A stretch of 63,516 nt of DNA, counting the filler, from Globobulimina sp. (lineage: Eukaryota): the NCBI GenBank assembly GCA_003354225.1. It is 28 parts of 28 records of this genome, joined end to end, with 100 filler letters (N's around TTAATTAATTAA, not from the genome) between each part and the next. Parts side by side here need not be neighbours in the genome. Positions count along the whole stretch, not along the records: positions 1 to 2,174 come from PIVH01008426.1; positions 2,275 to 4,448 come from PIVH01008427.1; positions 4,549 to 6,722 come from PIVH01008428.1; positions 6,823 to 8,995 come from PIVH01008429.1; positions 9,096 to 11,268 come from PIVH01008430.1; positions 11,369 to 13,541 come from PIVH01008431.1; 22 more parts are not named here. One strand, given 5' to 3'. The notes below the pieces were generated by a model. It saw nothing but the letters and a program-made list of their open reading frames with translations, was not told where the DNA came from and ran no database searches. Both the position numbers and the translations under genes were made by a program. Positions 1 to 13,146 of this stretch are shown piece by piece (the stretch's first letter is position 1; each line of letters opens with the position of its first letter).

Positions 1-123
1 GGAATGTAGAACGTGGCTGTATCGATGTAAAGCATCTATAGAGAGACAAGAAGTGAATCAATTGTGTAATGTAGACTTTTAAGTGTTGACTCAAAAAGTT
101 TTTTTCAATTACTTTAAAGCATA

Positions 124-831
124 ATGAGCAGAGAGGAACTGTTGGTGTTTGGTTATTTTCGATCTAATGTGATCACTCAACCACCAAATGAGTTGTTAAA
201 CTGGATGTCATTATGGTTATCATTAACAGATTCATGGGATATTGCTCATACAGATAGGCATATTGCAGTTGATAATGCATATATTATTGATGAACACAAC
301 AATGTTGATAAAAAACGAGGAATTGAGAGAAGAATTGCGTGGCAATTGGATACAGGATTATATCATGCATTTGGTAATGATGTAATAGGTCGAGGACAGA
401 CAAAAAGATGGAACGTACAGATTACAAAAAAAGATGAAAGTAGACGAAAACCATACATTTTGGTTGGTATTATGGAATATAATATAAAATTAGAAACACA
501 TCGGAGAATTGAGGGATTTGTACAAAATAATGGTTATTGCATATATACTGCGTCTGGCAGAAAATATCACAAACGAATTGGTGGCTCGCCATTTCATTAT
601 GGACAGAAACATGATTTTAAAGTTGGTGATATAATTTCTGTGGAATTAAATTTAACACGAAAAATGAATACATGTGATACAAATAATTGTGGTGTATTAA
701 AATTTATAATTAATCATAGATATGAAGAGGAAAAGAATCATATTGCATTTGAGGATATTGATATTAATAAACAATGGATATTATCGGTTGGTTTATATTT
801 TAGAGATGCTGTGTGTTTATTGAAGAGTTGA
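124..831 (+). CDS. B30.2/SPRY-like beta-sandwich protein with N-terminal 'LLVFGYFR..PPNELL' motif
   Basis: Complete 235-aa ORF. SPRY-like pattern (W.VQI, ILVGI, Y.IY..SG.KY, FKVGDIISVELN, LKF.IN). Confidence 0.6.
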   Translation: MSREELLVFGYFRSNVITQPPNELLNWMSLWLSLTDSWDIAHTDRHIAVDNAYIIDEHNNVDKKRGIERRIAWQLDTGLYHAFGNDVIGRGQTKRWNVQITKKDESRRKPYILVGIMEYNIKLETHRRIEGFVQNNGYCIYTASGRKYHKRIGGSPFHYGQKHDFKVGDIISVELNLTRKMNTCDTNNCGVLKFIINHRYEEEKNHIAFEDIDINKQWILSVGLYFRDAVCLLKS

Positions 832-942
832 TGTTTGATTTTATAGAAAAACATGAGTGTGCCATGCAGCTGACTTGCTTTTTACCGATACTTTGAAAAC
901 ATCTATTTATCTATTTATCTATTTGGACATAACGCACATGTG

Positions 943-2059
943 ATGCAATACGATGTCTCAAAATGCATAGAAATATTAAAGGAAAGAGAAATATACGGCA
1001 AATTGCTGGGAGAGATTGAGAATGACCACAACATAGCAAATATCAAGTATGACGATAATGAAAACGAAATCAAGCAGAAAACGAGAGAATGGCTGACATC
1101 AAACCACAAACTGCTATCTCTCAAAAATGAAATCTGCAAAATTTTACTGTCTTCCCTTACCAACACCAACAGCAATAAATACAGAAATAAGTATTTATGG
1201 AAAGCGCAAATTCCAGACATTATATCACCAGAAGAACCATTAGAAATTGTAGCAAAAGCCAGAAACGAATGGGATAAACGTTTAAGATATCAATTGCGAA
1301 CCTTATCAGTCCAACAAAAAAGACCGTTAGTTCAAAAGGTATACATTTCATTTTCTGCACAATGTATTTGTATGTATATATACAAAAAAGCAAGCAACGA
1401 ATGAAAGCTCCGATAGTTCATCATCAGATGTGTTGTCATTAAGATACATATATACTTGTGAAGATTTATTAGAAACATTAGCAAATATCGTCAATCCAAA
1501 CAATAATAACATGTGTAATATGCGATGGGGATTAATCAAATTGGATTTAAACACACCAAATTTAGGCGGTTTACGGACAAAATTTAAGGAATTACACCCT
1601 CGATATAAGCATTTAGGTGTTGATGATGTAATAAATAATACGTTTTTAAAAGAGAGAATAAAAAAAGGTGAAGAAATATTAAAAAGCGCATATCTTCCCC
1701 AATTAAGAGAATATGGCAAATTTGGAATTCCGTCGGGTTTACGCAGTAAAATTTGGAATGAAATGATTATAATAAATAACGAACAAGAATCAAATGAAGA
1801 AGAAAGAGACAAATATTTTAATTCTTTATTAGATGTGGTTGATGATATTGATATGATTACGGATTGTTTATATCGTTTAGATGTGGATCAAACTGTAGAC
1901 CATTATGATTTTTTCCCATTTGATGATTTTTTGAATGATATAATGTTGGCATTTTCGAGGGATAAGAAAATAAGTACTATGGCATCAATTACATTAAACA
2001 CAACATTGTTAACATGCGGTGAATCCATTAACGTTCCACCATGTAATGTCATACCATTC
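943..2059 (+). CDS. TBC1D19: TBC1 domain family member 19-like RabGAP (3' end replaced by foreign DNA)
   Basis: Phase-0 intron 1339-1390 joins two ORFs. Motifs DLLE.L..IVNPN, WGLIK, LGVDD, G.PSGLR.KIW, ML.FSRD, PP..VIPF are characteristic of TBC1D19. Confidence 0.8.
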
Positions 2060-2174
2060 TCGTTCTCGGCAACGGACAGCATGATCTTGGAATTTGGTGC
2101 TGGCTACATGCGTGCGTATAAAGATTCCAACCGCGTCATGACGGATGCGGTCACTATCGTTGGCATCACATTGT
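2060..2174 (+). other. Fragment resembling a phage tail/stabilisation protein fused in frame to TBC1D19 (probable chimera)
   Basis: GC rises abruptly. IPFSFSATDSMILEFGAGYMRAYKD..TIVGIT fits the phage motif LIPF.FS..Q.Y.LEFG..Y.R.Y, not the expected TBC1D19 continuation. Confidence 0.6.
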
Positions 2175-2274
2175 NNNNNNNNNNNNNNNNNNNNNNNNNN
2201 NNNNNNNNNNNNNNNNNNTTAATTAATTAANNNNNNNNNNNNNNNNNNNNNNNNNNNNNNNNNNNNNNNNNNNN
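2175..2274. other. Artificial contig-joining spacer (first of 27)
   Basis: 44 N + TTAATTAATTAA (stops in all six frames) + 44 N. Recurs at 4449, 6723, 8996, 11269, 13542, 15815, 18088, 20361, 22634, 24907, 27179, 29451, 31723, 33995, 36267, 38539, 40811, 43082, 45353, 47624, 49895, 52166, 54437, 56707, 58977, 61247. Confidence 0.99.
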
Positions 2275-2627
2275 AGACGGAGTCGAGGTCATGCGTGGGC
2301 TGGGCGAAATCCGCAGCCGGCGCAGACACCCGTGGTGGTGCTGAAGAAAGAGGACAACGCTGTGGTGCCCAGGGCGAAGGATGACACTGTGATGCCTAGT
2401 GTGAAGAGGGAAAGTTAACCACCCGCGCTCCAGCGCTTGAGGGCCCGAGACGCGGAGGAGAGATTGAGGCAATCCGCTGAGCGGGAGGAAATGCTATCTG
2501 TTGAATCAGAGAAAATGATGCAACCAGAATTGTAATGTAAAGTTCATTTACGTCCACCATGGTTGAGCACTAATAATAAAACTTAGTAAACATGAGAGTG
2601 AGCAAAATTAACATTTGTTTTAGTTTT

Positions 2628-4014
<1,387 letters not shown>

Positions 4015-4548
4015 CTAATCACAAACATGTTGAATATTATCTTTACTGTGCATCTTTTCCGAGTATGGATTCAGTGAGTAATTATTTGTATTTTTTTTGC
4101 TTTATACCACTTTTTTGACGCCATATTTTTTCCAATCTCCCTAATTTTTGATTTTGTAACATATAAAATTCTCCACAAATTGCATTCCATATCAAATTAC
4201 TTTTGATATTTTTTAAACTGTTTTCATTATTTACGCCTTATATTATTTTACAAAATAAATCGATAATATATGTAATAAATTGTACTATGTACATACCATT
4301 AATAGATAATATTTTTAATAAATCCGCATTGTAACAGTCATTTTTCTGTAATACTTGCTTTAAATCATCATTTGATTCTTTCTTAGCTTCATCATTATCA
4401 TCAGAAACCTTTTTATTTTGATTTTGATTTGCATTTTTTAACTCGTTANNNNNNNNNNNNNNNNNNNNNNNNNNNNNNNNNNNNNNNNNNNNTTAATTAA
4501 TTAANNNNNNNNNNNNNNNNNNNNNNNNNNNNNNNNNNNNNNNNNNNN

Positions 4549-6264
4549 GATCTGCATAATAGAAAGGAACCAATTTATGTCATTCTTCGCCAGAACAATA
4601 TCTGTCAATTTTAGTGCAAACTGCAGGTGTTTTTTCTCATTGAATATGTTATTTTTAATACCAATAAACCATAATTGCCGCAGCAATGAATATTCGTATT
4701 GTGACTGGCGCAGTGAATATGTATTACGGCCTCCGAGTGATTTATTGACAGACTGAGAATATTTATCCATTAATTCATTGGCCATGCTTTCAAACATAGA
4801 AATTTTTGGAAATATTTGCTTGTTTTGGTGGTGACACCAGCCCCAAAATACGCATTTTAATAAGCGAACATCATAAAAAATCCTGCAATTCGGAGACAAA
4901 CATGAATTGAATAACGAATGGTACTGTTGATAGGATGCAATTGCATTATTTTTCAGCTCTTGTAATTGATTGAAATGATATGTATGGAAAGCATCGATTT
5001 GTTGCATTAATGGCAACCGTTTATTCACTTTGAAATAATTGCTTTCTTTGTCATATTCAATGGCACATTTCCTGCCGGCAATAAATACGCAAAACTTATA
5101 TTTGTCCTCATTGTGATCGCTATAAATATATTTATTGAGGTATTTCCTCATAATGTCTTTGGAGGGAATCCCGAATAAATTGCAACAATCCATCAATTTA
5201 TCAAACTGTCCGCCCGATGGATAATAGGTTAAAAAACGCCATAATTCCTGCTCAAAAAAGCCAATTTTTGTGTCTTGCAATAAATGCGAAGACTGCAGCA
5301 AAATATGTGTATTGTGACTCGATTTGCTTTCTATTAATAACGCATTTAACTCATTAATTGCATTCAGTGCATTGCTTAGAAAAATGGTATCCGGCTCAAA
5401 TATGCCAGGGAAAAATATCAAATTATTGTCATTTGTCTTGTTATTATTATCTGGCTCTAAATACCAGGCAATCCGGCCAGTTCTATCAATATTACATCCA
5501 ATCACATCTTCATCCGTTATTTTATGCAAATTGCTCTCTTTTTGGTTTTTGCATTTATTGTTGAAGAGGATGTGAGTCTTATTTTTATTGTTATTGTTAT
5601 TATAAAATGGTAACTGATGCATTCGTAGCCATATAAAATCATCATACGATGCGTGCAATTTCGTTAATGATAATAAGCGATGTTTGAACGTTTTTGCATT
5701 ATTATTGTTGTCACAAATGCCGTATTTAATATATTCGTCATGCAAATATTTGTGTAATATGTGTATTGGGATACCGTTTGAATATTTATTGTGTTCGAAA
5801 TGATATAAAAACCATATTTTCTCTGCTAAAATTTCCTCAAATAAGGCTTGCTGTGCATTTGCTATAAATTTATAGGTATCATGCGATTGCAAGTCATGTC
5901 TTAAATATCTATTTTGCAGTGATACCGACTGTTGATTGACACAATGTTTTATTGATTTTTTCATTGTTATGGAAAATGAATCTAAAAATGATTTAATATT
6001 TGATTTGTTTATTGTATGGTTGGTGTCTTGTGGCGCCATGTCATATTCATAGTCGTTCTGTATTATATCTTGCAAATCAACACAAGACGACGACGACGAC
6101 GACATACTGTATGCATTTGTAAATGATGTTGCTGTGCACGTTAATGTCTTCCATAAAGAATAATTCTTTTCTTGTACGTATGTTATATTAATATTAATAT
6201 TATTCTTATTCTTATGACATGACCATCGTTGTTTTGTGACGCATCTGTATCTTGAACAAGACAT
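4549..6264 (-). CDS. Hypothetical protein, 3' truncated
   Basis: More than 570 open codons in AT-rich DNA; no family recognised; start uncertain. Confidence 0.65.
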
Positions 6265-6344
6265 GCAAATAAAGTACCGATGTTTTAGTGAACTGAGAAA
6301 TGCGTTACTTGTTTATACTGATATTGAAACAGAAACGTTGTACA

Positions 6345-6722
6345 TTATATGGTAGCAGTTTGTCGGATATCTTCAACATTAATGGTATCATTGATTTTTC
6401 TTTTTTGAATATATTTCCTATACTCTTTGCCAATCAGATCGATTGCCACGTTATCAATTTTTGTGGCCCACCATGGCACACAAAACAAGTATTGAAACAA
6501 TAGATTTGCTCCATTCCTTTTGTCAGCAATAATAGGGACTCCATCTTTCTTTGCTTGCCTGAATTGCCTACGAATTTGTAACATGCGAAAAATATACACA
6601 ATCCATTGTAGCAGAATGCCGGATGCCCAAAGAAACCATATCCATGCAAACACTCCTTCATCGGGCTGATACCAACATACTTCAACAATGAATCCAATAA
6701 TCCATATTATAAAAACTATCAA
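6345..6722 (-). CDS. Membrane protein C-terminus, weakly PLAC8-like, 5' truncated
   Basis: Two hydrophobic helices followed by IRRQFR...YLFCVPW; frame open from the contig edge. Confidence 0.45.
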   Translation of the reverse strand: MIVFIIWIIGFIVEVCWYQPDEGVFAWIWFLWASGILLQWIVYIFRMLQIRRQFRQAKKDGVPIIADKRNGANLLFQYLFCVPWWATKIDNVAIDLIGKEYRKYIQKRKINDTINVEDIRQTATI

Positions 6723-6822
6723 NNNNNNNNNNNNNNNNNNNNNNNNNNNNNNNNNNNNNNNNNNNNTTAATTAATTAANNNNNNNNNNNNNNNNNNNNNN
6801 NNNNNNNNNNNNNNNNNNNNNN

Positions 6823-8971
6823 CCACGCACGAAGTTTAGTTTTCTTATAACACAGTAAACCATGCGAATGATGACAGCCCTGCGGTGTTTATGAAATTTC
6901 ATGATTTTATCCACAGTTTCATGGATGCACTGATATTTTAACATTTTATCCTACTTATATACCATTTGTATGCTTCTATTTGACAAAATTGTTTTATTTG
7001 TGTTATACAGATTTCATCGGTTCAATTCCTAATGTTTTATTTCTGCAGTTTTCGTGGTCAGTTTGCCGAAGACTTTGTGTCTCGATTAATGCGATTATGC
7101 ACAGATACAAACCGACCAACTCATGAACGATGTTTTGCAGCCGGATATATTGGAGGTTACGTGTCAAAGGCGAAATATCTGAGACATATCTCCGCATTCT
7201 CCACCTTTGACATATTGATCCAATGGCTTATCGCTTATCTGCAATTATATGAAAAACGGTATGTTTGAGCCTTATATTATACGATGTTTGTCTGATGAGA
7301 GCCTATTGGTACTGTCACTGAATGAATAATGTGGACATACCTTTAAATAATCATTGTGTACTGACCAACAAATATGTCTTTGTGCATTTTTATTTTAAAA
7401 TATAGTTTATTATATTTGAGAAATGTGTTTTTTTTTGTTATAACAGATATCCATTTATTTCCAATATTGGTCAACGAGAAGCACAGCATCACTGTTTATT
7501 TTATGCAGTTTGTCAGGCTGTATTTCGTATTTATTCTCACCATCAACATACATTCGATTCAATGTTTCAATCAAATCCAAAAGTTGAGTTACAAAATAAA
7601 ACATTTTTATTACATCTTTATATATTATTATTTTTGTACAGATTCCAAATTGGATATATAAAATATCTCAATGTTGTTTGCAGCCATTCAAAGTTTAGTA
7701 TCTGCTGTATGTATTTTCTTCCTTTTTGATATCAATCTGGTTTGCAGTGTGCAGCAGCATTATCTCTATGCATTTGTCGCGTTAGGAATTGAGTGATGAT
7801 AACCTACCATCGCCCTTTCTGGCAGATTGCATTTGTTCTCCTCTGTTGTGTTTAATATTTATCCATGCATTCACTCCAACTCTTATGTGTTTTATATATG
7901 TATTTGTTGCGCTGTGCTATGCGATTTCTGTACAATGCAAACCATTTTTGCCAGAATTCTTCTATTTATTTGAATATAATGCAATTAATTAAAGAGTTGA
8001 TTCTTGTGTTTGTGTCCGCCCACAAAGAAAAAACTTCAAATAACATATTAAATCAAAGGAAAATGCACTGAAAATAAGTGATGTGATAGAAATACGCTCC
8101 ATTCATCATAGCACTGCAAACGCAATGAAACACCGTTTAAGTCTGCGAGAGCTCAACGGACAGCACACCGATATCAGTCCAGTCATACTGTCATACCACG
8201 AATGAATGTGATAAATGAGGGATTTCATTGAACAAATTCCGGTGTATCATTTTCATATATTTATGAGTTGTGGCATAAATAATGATACGCGTTCAAGGAA
8301 TTGTTTTTTGAATGTGGACCACTCTCAAAATGCAAAAATGACCGAAATGACTGAAACGCAGCGAAATGACATGACCGAAATGACCTAAATGCCCGAAATG
8401 AAAAACAAACGGTGTTGGTGCGTGTTGCGAGTGTACGTCACTTAAAAGTGCAAAGTGCAGAGGGAGTGAGTGAGGGAGTGAAGGCCCGTGAAATAGACCT
8501 GGCGACAACTCATATTTTACATTATATAATTATAAAATTTGTAAAATAATATTTTACATTTAATTTACAAATACATTGTACAATGTACAGTATTGTCGGG
8601 GATCATTGGTCCAAAACTTCATATTTTCAATTCACAAATCGACGGTTATGGATATTTCCTTATTTTCGGGATTTACTTCATCGAAAAATGTGTGTATGAC
8701 ATTCTCGACTTTTGCGAATTGGAATTTATTCCCATTCGATTCTTATCATTTATTCAATTCATCGGAATATTTGGACGGACTTTTTCGAATTTGTGGCGGT
8801 CAGAGTCCACTGAGAACGAATGAAAATGATACCGATGACGGCGAGGAGGAGGACTCGATCATAAAGAACACATCGGAACAAATAAAAGCATCCAACGCAT
8901 TGACCCCATCATTGGGACCAATGAATCAAAGCAGTGACAGTGACTATGACGGCGATGATATTGTAATCTAA
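6823..8971 (+). CDS. RRN3: RNA polymerase I transcription initiation factor RRN3/TIF-IA, 5' truncated, 5 exons
   Basis: Exons 6823-6833, 7011-7258, 7447-7582, 7642-7692, 8591-8971 join in frame across GT-AG introns. They give PTHEISSVQFLMFYFCSF, AAGYIGGYVSKAKY, FYAVCQAVF, LQPFKYC and FPFDSYHL, all RRN3 hallmarks. Confidence 0.9.
6868..6933 (+). ncRNA. Candidate intronic C/D-box snoRNA (RRN3 intron 6834-7010)
   Basis: C box ATGATGA 6868-6874, D' ATGA 6891, C' ATGATTT 6901, D CTGA 6930-6933. The host intron is about three times the typical length here. Confidence 0.5.
7292..7364 (+). ncRNA. Candidate intronic C/D-box snoRNA (RRN3 intron 7259-7446)
   Basis: CTGATGA 7292-7298, D' CTGA 7318-7321, D CTGA 7361-7364. 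Flanks ATGTTTGT and ACAAATAT can pair. Confidence 0.55.
8335..8404. repeat. Degenerate ~9-bp tandem repeat (GACCGAAAT-like) in the 898-nt RRN3 intron
   Basis: gaccgaaat gactgaaac gcagcgaaat gacat gaccgaaat gacctaaat gcccgaaat. Confidence 0.7.
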
Positions 8972-9096
8972 AAGTGAATCAAAGCCCATTCAGACNNNNN
9001 NNNNNNNNNNNNNNNNNNNNNNNNNNNNNNNNNNNNNNNTTAATTAATTAANNNNNNNNNNNNNNNNNNNNNNNNNNNNNNNNNNNNNNNNNNNNT

Positions 9097-11211
9097 ACAC
9101 GCGAATATGTCGCAGTTAAATATTTAGGAGCTTTGCTTGACGTCCACCTCACGCTTGAGATATGGATGAAGCGAATTTATCACAAATCAAAGAATTCAGT
9201 CTTAAAAATTATGACAAATTTCGGTAACTCTGTCGTCATCAAAGCCTTTTGGATTCAACAATTGTTCAAATCCCTCATTATACCAAAAATGTATGGAATT
9301 GAATTATGGGGGTCCTCTACGCTGCAAATTCGATCAAAAATTAAAGCCTTATACAATGATATGATTAGGTTTAGTAATGGCGACAGTGATAATTCATCGC
9401 CGCTTCACATCCTTGAAATGCAAATCAAATGGCATAATTTTGAAGATTATATTGCTTATCGCCAAGCAAATCTATGGTCGAAGTTTATCCGATCACCAAA
9501 TACCAACGTCCTCTCAACATATATCGAGGAGAAGTATTGGCCGAATTGGATCAATCAACGTACAGAAGACAAAACAAATTATAGTATCAAAACGAAGAGA
9601 TTAAATGAAGAAAATGAGGTAAAATGTGAAGGAATCGCAATCAGCGATATTGAAATCATTGGATCAATAAAACGGAACAACCTAGAAAGTACGGCATGGG
9701 ATTTCGTTGGGAATGCAATCAAAGATGAATCATATAAATCAATCAAAATAAAAAACACGAAATCAAAGAACTATCCCATGAAACGAGGCTTATTCAATAC
9801 ATTATTTAATTCGGCGGTGTCTCTTGGGTCAACAGACTATAAATTTATGAAAAATATCGAATTTTGCGAGATTCCTAAATCTATTGCATCCTATCATGCT
9901 CCATTGCGCATACCCCACAATCTACAGCCACATATATACGATAACGAGAAAAAAGTGATTGATTTCAGCCAAGATTGGCTAAAACAACTGCTGTGTGAAA
10001 ATCAAATCGATCCAACATCGCTACAATTGGGATTCACCGATGGTTCGAACAAAAATCAATATGGAGGTTCTGGATTATTTTCCTGCTCCGCCCAATACTA
10101 TTTATATGATTTGTCGTACGACCAAATAATAAGAAACAAATTTGTAGATCCCGATAGAGAGAAGAACCATAATTCAATCTCCAATTATTTCTACCATGCG
10201 AGATCAGTGGGCATACGTTCAAGTATTGACCATTGTGAACTTGACGGAGTCGATTTGGTATTAGATGACTTCGATTATTATATAAAAATGATTGAGGCAA
10301 ATGACCCAAAACAAATCCCCGAGCATATTATGCTGATTATAGACAATATTGGTGTTATTAAGTGGATATCTGGTGAAAATCAGATAAAATCAACAATAGT
10401 ATATAAGAAAATTAAAAAAATACATAAGCAAATTGATGCATTAAAGGATTACCAAATTAAAGTCCATCTTGTATGGAAAAATTCGCATACAGGCGAACCA
10501 GGGAATGAATTGGCTGATATATTGGCCAAATTGGCAATGTTAAATCTATATCAATCCAGAAAGTGGCCTGAATATACTTTAAATCCTTCGATCAACGAAT
10601 GGCTGAATTATGATTTGGCGGCAATAAAAAAAGAACATAAACGAATTGCATGGCACAGCACATTGAATAAATTAAAAGCAAAATATAAACTAAACAAACG
10701 GAAAAAATACAAAAATCTATCCGGACTTTATGCCAAATGGAAGATATCTTATAATCAAATATTTAAAATTGAATTAAAAAACTTGGAGTTTATCAAATGG
10801 AAAAACATCTCAACCCTCCGAGTAGGCCACGGAATTTTGAATGCCCAATCAAAATGGAAACAAAACAAACAATGTATCCAAGAATATTGTCATAAATCGG
10901 AAACAGTCGAACATTACCTATTACAATGTCCGAATTATCATAATCTGAGAACTCAATTATTGGATGACTATGAAGAGGAAATTATTAATGCAATCCCTTC
11001 ATTTGAATGGCCAACAGAGAACGAGAAGATATTAAAAATATTATTATTTCCATTACAGGATCAATTAATTGATAAAACCATTCAGCAAAACAAAATAGAA
11101 TGGAAGCTATATAGCGATATCAGAATTTCTTGCCTCAATATGCTATCGGACTATATATTAAATACAAAGCGATTCTTAAATGCGTGGTCTTATAATTTCC
11201 ACACCTGGTGA
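9097..11211 (+). mobile_element. Non-LTR retrotransposon ORF2 3' half: RT C-terminus + RNase H + CCHC zinc knuckle
   Basis: Frame open from the contig edge. VKYLGALLD (RT motif 7), YGIELWG, RNase H FTDGS / CELDG / IIDN / W..SHTGEPGNELAD.LAK, C-terminal C....C...ETVEHYLLQCPNY. Confidence 0.9.
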
Positions 11212-11368
11212 AGCCTGATTACATTCACTGTATTCACCAATTTTTCTCTTCTTTTTATTTATTTTATCNNNNNNNNNNNNNNNNNNNNNNNNNNNNNNNN
11301 NNNNNNNNNNNNTTAATTAATTAANNNNNNNNNNNNNNNNNNNNNNNNNNNNNNNNNNNNNNNNNNNN

Positions 11369-12966
11369 ATATCCGGCAATTACAAGTGCGGTGATCATCG
11401 AATTAACAACGACTGTATCTTTATCACAGTCTATAATCGAAGTAAAAATATCTTTTGCTTTATGAATGACATTATAAATTCCATAAAAATCAATCAAAGC
11501 GGTCTTAATAACTATACCTTTAACACTGTCAACAATACCATCATTTAACAGTTTATTGTGGATTCTCTGTCCTTTCTCAAATCCATTCTCAAAGTTATTC
11601 ATATTTGCGAGAGCTTTGATGGCCAACAAATGCGTCACACCATCATGCAATCTCTGATGATATTTATCATAAAATTGAATTGCTTTTTCATTTAATTGGT
11701 TATTGATGAATGCAGTCATTATCCCATTTAAATTGATAACATCTTTGTCTTTATCCGCAATGGAATTAAATACGTTCATTGCTTCCATGGTGTTACCAAA
11801 TGTGCCATACATATCAATCAATGCATTCTTTAGTTGAATGCTCATTTTGTTACGTTTAATTTGAGAATGTATTTGTTGGCCCATTGCGAAATCGTTGATA
11901 TTTATGCATACTTTGACAGCCAACAGATGACAAATATCATTGTTTAATGAACTGTACTGTTGATAGAATGATAATGCTTTGTGATTATAATTATTATTCA
12001 TACAGCATTTAATAACGGTGCTCAGCGTGACACTGTCTTTGCTGCCATCGGGAATGGAATTAAATACATTCAATGCACTCTCCATATCACCAAATGTTCC
12101 GTAAAAATCAATCAATACATTGTCAAATTCAATACTATGGCAATGTTTTTTAGTTTTATTTGCAATGTTGGAATGAATATCTTTTCCTTTGTCAAAATCG
12201 CCGATATTCATACAAGCTTTCATGGCTATCAGATGACAGACAATATCATTGTTTCTATTCAAATCATAGTATTTGTCATATAACTTCAACGCATCTCTCT
12301 GCCTATTATTGTGTATTAAAAATTGCATCATGCAGCCAATCAAAACTATATCTTTCCCATTCTCTGGAATTGAATTAAATATATTCCACGCAATAGTTAT
12401 GTCCGGCGAATATTTTTTATATGCATTAATCAATGCAGTTGCAATAAATATATCGTAGCTCATACAGTTATGCATTAGTAAGGCATGGATTGTTTGCAAT
12501 TCTTCCAAATTACTACACCGTGATAATAATTTAGAAACACTTACAGAATAATCAGTGTTTTCCAGTTTATCATAGCTTTGAACTTGATTGCTTTGTTGGA
12601 TCCATTTTAGAATTGTTATGCATTTACATTTGTGTATATCAAATTCATTCTTGTTGAGCGACACAAAACATTTAAGCAACAGTGGATAGGACACATTGTT
12701 TGTTTGTTGAATGTCGTTCCAAATTAATAATACTGTTTTGGGCGAATCAAAATGATAACATACTCTTAAAAATGTATTAATAACAAAGTGATTTTGCACT
12801 TCTTTAATATTGTTATATATATCTAATGCATGATTGATTGCAGATGTTTTATCATATTTTTGTTTTCCCGATTTGGAATACAAAGCTTTTAATCTTTGGG
12901 TTGCTGAGACATTGTTGAGTTTATGCAATTTAGTCTTTATTGTTGTTGTTGAATACGAATACCTAA
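11369..12966 (-). CDS. Pentatricopeptide-repeat protein, PLS-like, 3' truncated
   Basis: About 100-aa periodic G..IH....N/TALID.YG.FG....A.NVFNSI...KD.V modules, roughly four copies. Start unresolved; possible ATG at 13070 via intron 12967-13024. Confidence 0.88.
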
Positions 12967-13146
12967 CTTTTGACGCAAGAAATTTCAGGAATGTAATGAC
13001 ACAAAAACAAAATATTTATCATACTTTTAGCGCAGTTTGCTTTGAATGACACACTGTAACAACCAGACATTATACAAGGTTACTAAACTCTAACACAGTT
13101 GAAAAATCTTAAATCCTTGCACAGATTGCATATTATGATAATGATA

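Noticed and set aside
2219-2230. Recurring TTAATTAATTAA palindrome as a biological repeat
   Set aside because: Always centred in identical N runs; a synthetic six-frame stop linker.
6850-6967. Degenerate RRN3 exon with in-frame TAA (pseudogene or recoded stop)
   Set aside because: Treating 6834-7010 as one intron gives the expected PTHE-ISSVQF alignment. TAA, TGA and TAG end genes normally elsewhere, so no alternative genetic code is needed.
7292-7330. CTGATGA as a hammerhead ribozyme core
   Set aside because: No stem II followed by GAAA and no stem III; a C/D-box reading fits better.
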